Origin: Antedon mediterranea
Lineage: Eukaryota > Animalia > Echinodermata
Assembly: GCF_964355755.1 (NCBI RefSeq)
Contig: NC_092670.1
Location: 15,176,795-15,240,794 of the forward strand
Direction of reading: 5' to 3'
Length of the DNA stretch: 64,000 nucleotides
Under the pieces are notes generated by a model, which saw only the letters and a program-made list of their open reading frames with translations, had not been told where the DNA came from and searched no databases. Each line of letters starts with the position of its first letter. Positions within the stretch are counted from its first letter, which is position 1. Positions 51,001 to 63,494 of this stretch are shown in pieces. Made by a program: the position numbers and the translations under genes.

Positions 51001-54000
51001 TTTAAATATTTACATTATCATTTAGCCTAATCATAATTACTTAAAAACCTAAGGATATATAAAGAAGTCTCTTGACGACACTGACTTGACACACATTCAC
51101 TTTTACAATACATGAACTATCTTATGAAACAAAAGCAGCCCAATTCTTTTTTTTAGTAAATTTCTTGTGTGTGGGCTTATTTTCGACATAAGCTTCTTTT
51201 CGAGATTACTCTTGCAGACAAAGGAATGGATTGTTGTTTAAATGGGCTTCATTTCGAGATTTTAAAGTATTTTACTTATTACTAGACAATTTAACCACTG
51301 TTCATTTAACTGTACAATACCTTTATTTAACCACATTTTACTTACGTATTTTAAACTATTATAATTAAAAAAAGTTTATGGACCACGATCACGCATAACC
51401 TTGATAGATTTTCACCCAAATTCCAGAATGTTGTTGCTGAAACAATCCTCGTATGACATTATTTTGTTTATAATGGTGGCACTAATTTGCATAAAATGTA
51501 TACACTCTAAACATTATTCTTTTCATAATGTTACCTTAATACTGGTTCCGCATTCATAATAACTAAAATCCACCTTGTAGTACTTTGGATTATCTTCAAT
51601 TTCCTCAAGTCTGCATTTTTTGTCGTGGAGGTGAAGTTCACTTGCTGGAATGTTATTCACGTACGTTCTAGGAATTCGGACTTTTATTTTAGAATTCCCA
51701 CATTCAACTTCCGGTTCTGGTGGCTTAGCTATAGAAAGAAACACACGTAATTCAACTTCCTAGTTAAATAATAATAAAGAAGACCGTGGGATAAAATAGA
51801 TCTTAATGTATAACGTTATAAAATGTAAATTAAATTGTTTTTTTATGCTAAAAAAGACATACAAACATGAAAGCAATAAACAACAACAATGCTTTTACTT
51901 ACGGATTGTGAATGGATAGCTGGAAGCGCCATTTTTCGTTGCAGGACGGTGACACAGACCGGAATAGTCTTTAACAGCAGCTCCTTCATCCACAAAAACA
52001 AAATATGATTTGCCTCCTTCTAGTCCAGTTGGTGCAGGGAATTGAAGAATAGTTGGATCACTTTTTGGAAATGTTACTTCACTTTTATTACGAACATTAT
52101 ACTTAGCAATTCGGACTAGATTCGTAGTGCCATTTTCTTTTATCTCGATGAATGATTTTTTTTCAGGACGTCTAATCTATAAGTAAAATTAGTTTATAGT
52201 TTCTAATTATTAAAAATACTAAGAGTATTTGACTATTTTGGTTACGCGTAGTCCTTTACTGCAATGAACTTTGCATACGTTTGTATTAAATTTGACTGTC
52301 CAATAATCTTCTGTTCCCTCGTACAGAGATGCTTTGGCCGGGGTCGACTCTTCTGGTAGAACAGAGGGAGCAGGCTGTTTATCTTTGACAGGATTTCTGG
52401 AAGCTAAATCAGTAACAAAGAAAATAAGACAACTTAGACAGAGGTTCAAAACCCAACAACGATTTACGACGATATAATGTATAAATTGAATTCTTACTAA
52501 ACAATAACATATCATTATTGGAAATAATTATATTATCATAAACCAATCCAATTTTGATGATAAGTCTACTGAATTACTTTATAGAATATTATTGGAGATA
52601 ATATGATACTTACATACATGCACTCGTGCAGACGTCGGATCACTTTGAACACTGTAGGTGAATTATAAATAGGCCTAATAATATTAATATATAAACGGTA
52701 TCTACACTATTGTCTCAAAGGTTTTCAACCAAAGGGTAATGAATTGAGGGCCCATTGCTAGAAGACCTAACTTAAATTAACATTGACGAATTCGAGCCTG
52801 AAATCAAGTAATTCACCCCAAATGCATAACCAGTAAAAGGGCCATACAATATTTATCCTCGAGCACTAATAAAGGAATATATGGTGTTGGTTGTTGTTGT
52901 TGTGGTGTTGTTAATATGATGTTGTTATTGGTCATGGAGGTGATGTTGCTATGATGATGTTGACATTTTTTTTATTTTCAATTTATTTTTATTTATTTTA
53001 TCAATTAATATCAATCAATTTTATTTCTCAAAGACAAACAAAGTACAGATAACATTTTCTAAAATGATACATAATAAATGAGGTACTAAGTGGGTTACCC
53101 CACTGGAAGCTTAAACTTTAAGATGTGGGATCCAGGCAACATATTTAAGTAAGGTAAGAAACATGTTAAAAAAAACAGTATGTTAATGAGCAAAAATGCA
53201 TATCCAAAAATGTTTTCAACATGTTATTGAACAATGTAGTTATTTAATTTTATTAATTTATTCTTTACGTATTTTACAGTCTCTAATACTGTTAAAGAAT
53301 ATTAAATAAAAGAGAAGTTTGAACATACCCATTATCATCTATTGCCGTGAAGCTGAATACATAGGTACCTTTAGCTTCAGGTAAGAAAGACACCTTTGCT
53401 GTTACTTTTTTACCGGGGTTAATGTCGTCTATTTTCAGTCCTTTTCCACTTGCTTGGATTTCTTTTATTCTGTGTGTTAACAAAGACATTATCAAGTTAA
53501 AACGTTACAGTAAACCACTAAGGATATACTTGTACTGTGACCATAAAAAAAAAAAGAAAATACTGTATAGACCTTTTATAAATTATGGTTGTTTTTTGCA
53601 TAATACAGTTTTTTCAAAGGTACATACATTTTTGCATCTGAGCCCGTTTGTATTGAAGCAGTAACCGTACTGCTCCATGTTTCTCCAAGACCAATCTCAA
53701 AACAATGTTCTATCTCAATCTTTGGAACTATACATGAGCCGGCTAAATGACAAAGGTTATTCACATATATTATTTACGTTTCCATGGCTAATATACCAAA
53801 TACATCAACTTCAACGAAATATTGATTAATTGAAAGCATGACCCAACTACGGTACCTAGCCATTCATTCATGAACTGAATTTCTTAGGGCATTTTATTCA
53901 CATCACAAAAATTTTAAATAATAATAATCCACATGCACACACAAGGGGTTAAAGGTTCGTAATGTTGTATAATAATAGTATTAACCAGAAAAGCACAACC

Positions 54001-57000
54001 CATTTAAAATCTGGATACACCCTTGACATATAGGCCAACGCGTTTGGCATTGCATTTCTACTTACATAGGCCTACTTAAAAATAATCAGCTATATTTATT
54101 AATATAGCTGGTTATTGAAACATGTAGGCCTAGTCACTTCATAACTGGTATAAAATATAATATAAAAATGATCTTGACCATGAAAATGAGTCTAGACACC
54201 ACGTTTGTAATACATCCTTTCATTATTTCGATTAAGTAAAGTTACACACTGAATTTCGTGTAAAATTGCGATAATTTGTCTGGTCTTTAAACTGTTCAAA
54301 ATGTGAAAGCTAAGCCGATCATAATAATTTAAGCTGCCCGCTAGCTATATATAGCAGCATGCTATTGATATTTTCTTTTTCCTTCTGTGATGTACCCATT
54401 TCGGTCGCGACTCATATCGGTCGCGTTTCACATTTCGGTCGCTGTACCGCTTGATCTCGTATATAAATTAGCTAATAGTATGGAGCGCCATTCACCAATA
54501 TAACGGTCATTGTTTTATTTACTACTGTAGGCTACTACAGTATTATTACGTTCATTTCTTTTCTTGTTATTTTTGTGTAGGCCTATAACAATTTATATTT
54601 TTAACTTGTTGTTTTTGTCTGCACCAGAAGGAGAGTACTTCGTCACTTTTCTGCAACAATCCGCCAGACTGGTGTCAGTTTTTTTTAGTGTTTGTATTTT
54701 TTATTGTATTATGTGTCTTCTAGGCCTAATTAATGTTATTATGTATATTTATTTAATAGACTTTTCTCATTACAGAACTAAGAAATATAAAATTGAACAT
54801 TATTTGTTTGAAAAGAAGAATAATAGTTTTACTGCAGTAAATGTAGTATTTTTCGTTTGGTTTTGATTGTTAATTATTTGTTAGAATGTGTACGACAATG
54901 AATTTGAGATATATTGAGGATATATAAAAAATACTTATTTTGTTTTTAAATAGGCCAAAGGCCATCAACTTTCAAGCTCGATAAAACTGGGTCTCTACCT
55001 CCCGATTTGTATTGTGTATATATATAGTGTAGAACACTAGACTTTAGTAAAACACATTATAGCTTGCCCTCAATCGGTCGATAAATCTGTTCACATTTGG
55101 CTACTTACGTGACGTAACTTTGAGTAGAAATTGGAATGGAACTGTGCTCTTAGCTATTTTGTAACTTTCATCCTCAAAATCTTCAATCATAACGGAAGCG
55201 GCATACCAACCTTCCGCACTATCTTCTCCGGTATTAAACTCGATCGTGCATGATGTCTACAATAAGGAGGTTAACATTAAATTACCAATAGATGAAATTT
55301 CAGTTTTCTTTAGGTACATCGTTTATTTATCAAATTCGGACTCTAATGTCACGTGGTTCAATTATCTGTTACATGCTTTAAATTTGTTTACATTATAATT
55401 GTATTTGTTATATTTAACCAGTTCACTACCGTATTAAGTGTTGTAAAATCTGTCGGACGTCCACACACAGGAGCATTATTGTAAGGCGTATCACTTCGTC
55501 TCTCTGGGCATTCCTTAGTACTTGTCCATCGACATTTAACTGGGTCTCCGTCTATATCAATGGCTGAAAGATGAACAAGTATGTACCGTTAAGAAGGATA
55601 TATATATATATCATGGAGTAATTACTCCATGATATATATACACGGTGCATTTTTGTTGTGAATACTATTAGCATTTTGCAAAGCACGCTCGTTGAGCTCG
55701 TGTACTCTTTGTGTTCATAATCAGTGTACCATGTCCCGCATGCAATTTTTTTTTCGTACATAAGTTGGGGACCCTCCCCCCCTCCTGAAACGTCACAAAA
55801 TAAACATGAATAATTCATCAGTTAAATTTTCTTGTTCCGTGTGCACCCAAGCGTATAGCAACAAGAAGTGATTACACAACTGCGATACGATACTTTTACA
55901 GTAGGCCTAGGATTCTAAGTCAATTCACGTTTTTGCCTTCGCGCACTCTTCTTACACACACACCACTATGCAAAATGTGTCGAGTCGAGGCTAATCGACA
56001 GCTAGGCAAGACATTACACTAAGTAGTAATTCATTGGACATAGCCCAAAGAAAGCTTAGACCCACAAGAATAAAGAATGTGTATAATTTGTGTACTGTAT
56101 CTATATATAAATTTACGTAAGGGCAAAATTCGGTAAATATAAATTTACGTAAGGGCAAAATTCGGTAAATCTCGGTTTATTTCTAGAATTTCTACTCGAT
56201 GGTATATAAAGTTGGTTCATACTTTCGGTACTGATTTTAACCATCTGATGTAACCCTGTTTACTAATTAAATTGAGTTAGGTAATTAGTTATTGACGATT
56301 AAAACGAATTTAGGTTCAACGATTTGCCCCAAATAGGGGTGTTTTCCGATCGTGGTATACACTGTCTAATGGATGTCCATCTGGAAAAATACCCGCCACA
56401 AAAATACGAGGAGGCTTCGCATTTTCCTATCTCCTCCTACGATAATTGTTTTTAATAGCTGAAAACTGGTTGAACAGCTAGAGTACAGCATCATAATGTT
56501 GAAGACAGGCCGATTTTCTTAAAAAAATACTATTTTGATAGATTTAATATACGATTATACTAATGTATTGATTTGCGATGAATGGAACATTCCAATCTCT
56601 GTTTTACAAGTGTCTATTCCCTCAGGCGTCGTAAAGGCAAGTACAGCACTGTATACTCGAAATTCGATCCATTTTTGTTTTCAATCTGTGCTGCAGAGGT
56701 TGGATATAATTTTTTTAAAACGGATAATGAGCTAGCGTTTTCACTCGCCGTATATTATGTACAAATCTTTATTATTGCAGTTAAACCACCCACATCATCA
56801 CCTTTCCCTCACTGGCATGAGTAACGTTGTAAAACCAGTAGAGAATAGGCCTACGGTACATCACATGCCCTAAACGCAGAACAACTTTGGTGGGTAGGGT
56901 AGGAACCAACTTAAGTATAAATTGGCTCTAAGAAACAATTGAAAACCATTAGGCCTACTAATTAAGTTGAGTTAGATAATTTAATATTTATTGACGATTA

Positions 57001-60000
57001 AATCGAATTTATGATTTTCCCCGAATAGAGGTGGTTTTCACAAATTGTTTTACATTATATTATAAACATATACACGTCGTAGTGATGTATCGTTACATGT
57101 GCTGTACTATTTCAATCGACTAGGACGGTGATAGTTTCAACAAAGTATTACATCGCAATGTTTTACTGTGTTTAGTGGTATACTATTTGTAAAACATGAA
57201 AGCAATTAATATTTCGTTACTAAATGGATAAAGAATATATTTTAACATTGTTCCTCTTTGCACCCATCCTCTTCCCCATCCCTCAACCCTAATGTTACAT
57301 ACAAAACACAAATTAAGTTTGTTTAAATTTGACTTAAACAATTGGTCTTATTTTGTGACAAATTTCTCTTTCGGAAGTAATAGGGTGCTAATTTTAGTTG
57401 AGTACATAAATCACAGTGTCTATTTATTCGTTCCTGTACACGACATGTATTGTCCTGCGGTACGTACATTTGAAATCGCCAGTTTTTTAACGCTGAAATT
57501 ATTATGTATTCGAGAACCAACTGTGGGCACGACCTAGATGGTACGCGAGCGAAGCGAGCGTACCATCTAGTTTTTTTAATTCTGCTATTTTATTATCAAA
57601 CAATATGCATGTAATCAAAGGAACTTTAAAAATGCGCGTATATGAACACATGAGATGGGAAGATTAGACCCACGAGAATAAAAAATGTATTTTTGTGTAA
57701 TGTTTATTGTTTAATTTTGCTGACTCTAACACACACGTCACACACACCAACACAGCTACTACTAGAATAGACATGGGTTTAGAGAATAGTAATTAGGCCT
57801 AATAGTATCAATAGAAACTATAATTTTAACACGTAATTCTTTAGTAATAAATTATATTAAACACACCATAAACTAAAGGCTGATTATTTCGACAATTCAC
57901 ACAAAACGCCGCTATTCTATTATGAAATCGCACGCGGCAACCACAGCGGAGATAGGCCTAGAATCGTACCGCTTTGTGTAAACTATAGTCTGGGCTCCAG
58001 ACGGAGTTTTTTCTTAATATTAGTAAAAATATAAATATTTTTGCACATATGGCGTTTCATACGTGTATTACTTGATTTTGGATACTCCGTCTGGGGAAAC
58101 ACGCAAAAGTCACGTGGTTTGACACCAAGAATTCTTGGTGCATAGATTATCCGGTTGACTAGTTTCAGCTGCATGCGATTGGCTACTCACTCGTACACTG
58201 TTTTAATATTCATGTTTCAGAATTTCAAAGACTCAACAACTAAGAAGGTACGCATGCGCTATGTTACGTTTAGACAATGTGTACTTGGGTACATTAATGA
58301 AAGTTTCTGAAGGCTAGAAATGATTTTATACCGTATGCCTAGTAGTAGTCTGGTAAAAATTTGATGGGATTTTTCCCAAGAAAACTCGTCTTGCTTCTCC
58401 GCAAATCAAACATTGAATGGATCATTTAATATTACGCGGAGATAATTTGATTTAATTCCCACCCAGACCCTGTCCTGTTCTGTGTAGTGTAGCCCTGTCT
58501 GTTGTGTGTGAATCCTGTTGTGTGCGCCGGTGGTGGTATGTAGGCCTACCTTATTGGCGTTTTATTTGGCAGGTCATACGTGCGAGTTAAGTAGGACCTA
58601 CGAAGGAGGCCTAGGCTAAGGACTAAACAATTAATAAACAAAACAAATTGGCAACACGATTTCATATTTCAACAGTCTCGATCGTACCATGGATTAAAGA
58701 ATAGAAGGATATGCATCGACGGTGACATCAAACGATTTTACAACGCGCTTGCCTATACTAAAGCACTGCTGCCAATCAAACAAACACGTTCATTGAACTC
58801 CGTGTCTCTAACCGCGGCCCTCTGTAAAACGCTGCGAATCAACTGTTACATTTTTTGAGACCAAAACGTAACCATGTAGAAATCGTATGCGCAGTCTGAA
58901 TGTTCTATTGACATGTCTGCGTCGATGATTAATTGATAACAAACATATATTGCTGAATAATTCTGTTTTAGTTTCATCACAATCGGACTACGAAAAGTTC
59001 ACTTTCTTACGACTGGTAATTTTAGGTAGTTGGTAATATTAATAAAATATGCCATTTTTATATTTGAATTATCATTATTTGCCTGCCATCTTCTGTCATT
59101 AAAAATTGCGTTAATCTATAGAATATTAAATTATGCATTTGACCATGTATGTTGTTAGCGTGGCCGGTGTTCAGACATACAACAATCGTGTTTTTTAATA
59201 TATGGCTAAGCAGTGGTTTCTTCATAAATCTCCTTAATTATCGATGTGATTATATTTAAACTGTAGTGCCTGGTGATTGGCTAGTGGTTATGTCATCCAC
59301 ATCACATCCAATCACCGGGCCTAATTGAATGAAAACAGTGATCCCTGATCCGGGATTGGCTGGCTATGTATAGTTGCGATTCGTTACCTAGCGGTCGTTT
59401 TGAAAAGTACACGCAGGGCAAACTTGATCACGAACAAACGAAGTAGGCCTACCTATTATTATTATTCACACAAGAAGTAAGACAACGGTGAGTATTTAAG
59501 ATTAGCCTAGGCCTACCTAGGCAGTATCAATGTCGGCAAATCATAGGGTTTACTAGCCCAGTTTAGCCTAGTTAGTACAAGGCCTGGGCCTAGCTAGGCT
59601 AGCATTCTTGCTGATTTTGTAATTTTACAACAAATGAGACAACTAATAGTTATTGTCTCAGATGTAGGGCTACTACAGGTCATAAAATGCTACTTTAATC
59701 ATCATAAAAAAATCATTAGCGTAGATCAATCGCGGCAGAAACCAACATAGTCAATAGTTGACCATCTACAAACATCATGCCACCAAAGAACGCGCGAAAG
59801 AAGCGTAGTAGCCAACAAGGTTAAATGTCGTTGCACATGTGCAGTAAACAATATATTAGGCACGCGACCGTTTCGTTGTTACCATGCGGTTAATTAAACT
59901 GTAACATTGTGGGCGGTCCGCGGTCTGTCGGCGAGAGTCAAGGAACCCTTGATCTCACGTCGATGCATATCCTTCTATTCTTTAATCCATGATCGTACAT

Positions 60001-63000
60001 TCAGCACTGTACGTACTCGATCTTTTTCATTTTGAAACAAAATGATCATTGGTTGATTCGAAATCCATATTTACATACCGCCCGCCCCATATAGCCAAAT
60101 ACGGTATGATAACCTACGTCATTCTTATCGGATGTTTGCGGTCTGCAAATCGATTTCTATACGTGTTTCACAAGTCTGTATTTTCAGACAAAAATCGCGG
60201 CCGAAATAAAACAAATAAATAAAAAACCAGTATCAGGTGGAGGCCTGAATGGTCGAGCGCCTTTCAAACGCCGAACATACATACTTCATAACTGGCTTGA
60301 TGATATCGGGATCATTTGCACTCATAATAAATATAAACTTATCATTTTGTGACATATTTTTTAAGTTTAGATTAAAATCTAGATCCGAGAATAATGCCGT
60401 TCTGATGTCATCATAAATGGGGCAATATAGCATGAAGTGGATCTCATCTTCAATATCGCCACCTTTGCAAAGAGTACACAATCTATTGTTTGCATCTGTT
60501 TTGGGAATTGTGTAGCGACCTCTCTCGATTTCGAGAGCATGCGCACTTACTCTTAGCTTGCTAAACTGACATCTTTTATTTCTTTTATATAATAACGTAT
60601 AATTCTCTATACAGAAGGACTTTTTATATGTACAAAAGGATCGTAATTTAGGTTGATGGTTTTGTATCATGTTAAGTCATTGGTTATCATACTTTTTATG
60701 TATTTTCGATAAAATATTTAAGTTAAAATTAATGTTTACATTAATATGTGTTGCCTCGATAGATTCCAGAATACGTCGTATTCCAGAGGACCATGTAAAG
60801 CCTTTTTGGCATGCGTACTGTGTGTCTAATTTTCTATTCTCCGAAAGGGCATCAATAACCAGTGAATCAATCCCATTGTAACACATGTTATTTAATTTTA
60901 AACAGTATTTAATGGAAGAACATAGCAATGAAATTAGAATTAGATATGAGCCTATTCTCCTCTAATAGCATGGTTGGATGCTTTTTTGTTTACTCCAAGC
61001 ATATCTTTGCATATTTTATAGTGCAAGTGAAGGAATTTGGATAACGGCATAGCATAAGAACAAGAATAAAAGAAATACAACAAAAGAAGAAAGGGTGGTA
61101 AATGGTGGGTGGGGACTGAATAAGAGTAGAAAACAAAGAAGTTAGCTTGGTAGTAGAGATACAAAATTTTGGAATGAAACTAAAAAACAGCCTAAATGGC
61201 GGTTAATATTGAAACTTAAATTTTGGTAGTCAATGGAATAATTTTACCGATCTGGAAGTATGTTCCTAATATATATATACACTGATGAAGGGCATTTTGG
61301 GTATATATATATATATATATATATAAATCCAAAGGCAAATTACTGAAAAAAATGACAATGCTGTGGGTATCAGTGGCTGGATCTCAATAGAGATACAAAA
61401 AAAAAAAGCGAAAAGCTAAATCAAAACGATAAAGTAAACAGCCAGAAAAGTTAGCAGAGCTTTCAGGCAACACTAGTCCTTCATCAGTGCAAGTGAGGGA
61501 ATTTGGATAAAGTCATAGCATATGAGTTGGCAAGTGCTGCCTGGGTGGACAGGAATAAAAGAAATATAACAATAGAAACAGCGTGTTGAATAGTGGGTGG
61601 AGACTGAATAAGAGTAGAAAACAAAGAAGGTAGCTTGGTAGAGATATAAAAAATTTTTGAATGGAACTAAAAAAAGGTAAAATGGTGGTTAATATTGAAA
61701 CTTAAATTTTGGTAGTCAATGGAATAATTTTACCGATCTGGGAGTATGTTCCTAATGTTAATTCCAAAAGGTTTTGTGGTGTTAAGTAGTAATTCCCAGT
61801 GGTTTTCTTTGTCTTTGTGAGTTTTTTCGCTCCATTTGACATCGTGGTCTATTGCAATAACTCTGAAATTTGCAATCGAGTGACCAGCTGAATTAAAATG
61901 TTCGGCTACAGGTTGATCAAGCTTTATTGTTTTGATAGCTGATCTATGTTGTGTCATTCTCATACGGAGAGTGTTTTTTGTTTCTCCGACGTACTGTTTG
62001 CCACAAATATTACAGTATATGAGATAAATGACGTTTTTGGTTAGACAATTAATTGATTGTCTTATCCGAAAAATGCGGCCAGTATGAGTATATATATATA
62101 TATATATATTGCACTGATGAAGTGTAGCCAGAGTTTAACATAATCGTTAGAGTTATTTGTATTTGGGTAGCTATATCTAAATATAAACAACTCACGGTTA
62201 AGATCGATAACTCTGTTACAGCCTTGTCTGACTCGATGAACTGGTAAACCAGCCATAACTCTTGGAGAATTGTTGTTTAATATGATTGAAGTGTCAACTT
62301 TGGTTATTAGTGACCAACATTTTCCACCGGCGGTACCGTAGTTTTGAAGGTAAATCCAACTACTATCTTTACAGTCTACTTTTGTTTTAAAACTGAAAAA
62401 AATAATGAAGATAATAATATAAAACTCTTGTTTTCTTTTTTAGAACAAGGCCATATACATGGCTGCAGTCACGTGCGAAAATTTGAGTTAGTGTTTACCA
62501 AACATTTAGTGTTTACCAACCGACCGACATAGTGAGCTATAGAGTCGCGTTGCACGCGACTAAAAATACTATTTTCTAAATGTTTACAATGTCGTTTATG
62601 TTTATTAAATAAAACGTTTGTGCATTTCACTAATAATGATGCTCTAATTAAAACAACAGGCCCATATCCAGGATTTTTGTAGATTAGTTCAAATTTGAAA
62701 AAAGAGATACACTTGCGGGCCAATGCAAATAATCGTGGGTCTGATGTAAGATTTTGTAGTCTTGTGATTGATAACTCAGCCCAACAGTGATTATGCAATT
62801 CGTCATCTACAGTATACCTATCGTGTAAGAGGATAAGTTTCCGTTCAAACGAATCATAGGCTGCTGTTTAGCTTATTTTTAAAGAAACTGTCGAGACTTT
62901 AAACAAACAAATTATACTCCTGAAAATATAATTTTTTATTTAAAAAAAATAGGAAATATTAATTAAGAATAAGAGGTCCGAAAACGAAAATTATTTCCTA

Positions 63001-63494
63001 TGTGTTTAATTTATTTAGTTGACAATTTTAATGTTATTTTGGTGCCAAGCGGAGCCTTATAGCAAACAGCAGAGTTCCTGGCTACCGGCCTGAACAAGGT
63101 TTATTATGAGTACTAAATGAACACGAACATGTAGGCCTACTTACGCCAATGTGAATACCTCGCGGTCTGCCTTATAATCAACGTATCCATCAAAAAGACT
63201 CCATTTCATCTCTTCTGAAGTGAATGAACATTTAATATTTAGTGGTGAAGAAATTATTTTATTTTCACGGCAGTCTGTACAGGTCAAAGCAAGAGATGTT
63301 TCTGATTCCCTTTGTTGTCCAATAGAATCACAAAAATACTCGTCAAAAAAGTCTTCTTTTTTTTCAAATGCGAGACGCCAAAAAATACGGATATGTTTGT
63401 TGCCAAGTCGTTCCCAGTAAAACGTGCCACCACGATAGTGAGTAGCGTACACCCCAGCTACCACCAAAACCATAAAGAGTACCAGAGTCCTCAT
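48082..63494 (-). CDS. ZP-module protein paralog C, intact, ~791 aa, secreted, no TM segment
   Basis: Exons 63494-63145, 62392-62196, 55563-55430, 55256-55109, 53742-53628, 53469-53329, 52651-52614, 52403-52279, 52176-51903, 51728-51535, 50963-50569, 50212-50116, 48249-48082 total 2376 nt with consistent phases and no stops. Signal peptide MRTLVLFMVLVVAGVYA, THYRGGTFYWE, NNNSPRV, DIDGDPVKCRW, ZP cysteine pattern, RRRR furin site, ends ..TNAFMTFKM*. Confidence 0.92.
50262..50386. mobile_element. Representative of a dispersed ~130-bp MITE family (AGCTCTGTCTACACTATCAAACT TIR)
   Basis: TIR pair AGCTCTGTCTACACTATCAAAC / ATTGTAGACAGAGCT; other full or partial copies near 15104-15238, 17727, 18847, 29746, 36813-36918, 38215, 41642, 47108-47243. 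Confidence 0.75.
57444..57570 (+). mobile_element. Helitron/Helentron-like 3' end (hairpin plus CTAG)
   Basis: CTAGATGGTACGC-GAGCGAAGCGA-GCGTACCATCTAG followed by a T run; a diverged reverse-complement copy lies at ~3572-3690. Confidence 0.55.
58688..59991. mobile_element. Non-autonomous P-element-like DNA transposon, 1.3 kb
   Basis: Perfect 34-bp TIR CATGGATTAAAGAATAGAAGGATATGCATCGACG at both ends; 7-bp TSD ATCGTAC at 58681-58687 and 59992-59998; no transposase ORF. Confidence 0.85.
60170..61020 (-). mobile_element. Non-LTR retrotransposon 3' fragment with C-terminal CCHC zinc finger (RTEX/L2-like)
   Basis: ORF 60233-60670: KLRSF..KLRVSAHALEIERGRY..RLCTLC..EDEIHFMLYCP; upstream frameshifted pieces (CKDMLGV.KKASN.AIRGE). 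Confidence 0.8.
61000..62090 (-). mobile_element. Penelope-like retroelement remnant: GIY-YIG endonuclease tail plus partial tandem (pseudo-LTR) repeat
   Basis: Minus-strand frame ~62060-61730 reads INCLTKNVIYLIYCNICGKQYVGETKNTLRMRMTQHRS..PVAEHFNS.GHS..ENHW..LNT..PFGIN; 61020-61270 repeats 61487-61755; bounded by (TA)n tracts. Confidence 0.88.
61451..61493 (-). ncRNA. Minimal type I hammerhead ribozyme motif in the Penelope-like repeat
   Basis: Minus strand: ttGCA-CTGATGA-AGG actagtgttg CCT-GAAA-GC-TC-TGC: conserved CUGAUGA and GAAA boxes, stem II, palindromic AGCT stem III, UC cleavage triplet end, short stem I. Confidence 0.65.
62445..62566 (+). repeat. Dispersed ~110-bp repeat (ACAAGGCCATA..CAGTCGCGTGC..ACCGACCGAC..GCACGCGACTAAAA)
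   Basis: Copies at 13397-13504 (+), 50394-50503 (-) and here; subterminal inverted AGTCGCGTGC/GCACGCGACT and A-rich end, reminiscent of Helentron-associated (HINE/DINE-like) elements. Confidence 0.7.

Noticed and set aside
48082-63494. Recent horizontal transfer or bacterial contamination as the source of the microbial-like domains
   Set aside because: The domains are split by many canonical introns with conserved phases and fused to a metazoan ZP module; any transfer would be ancient and cannot be shown from this window.
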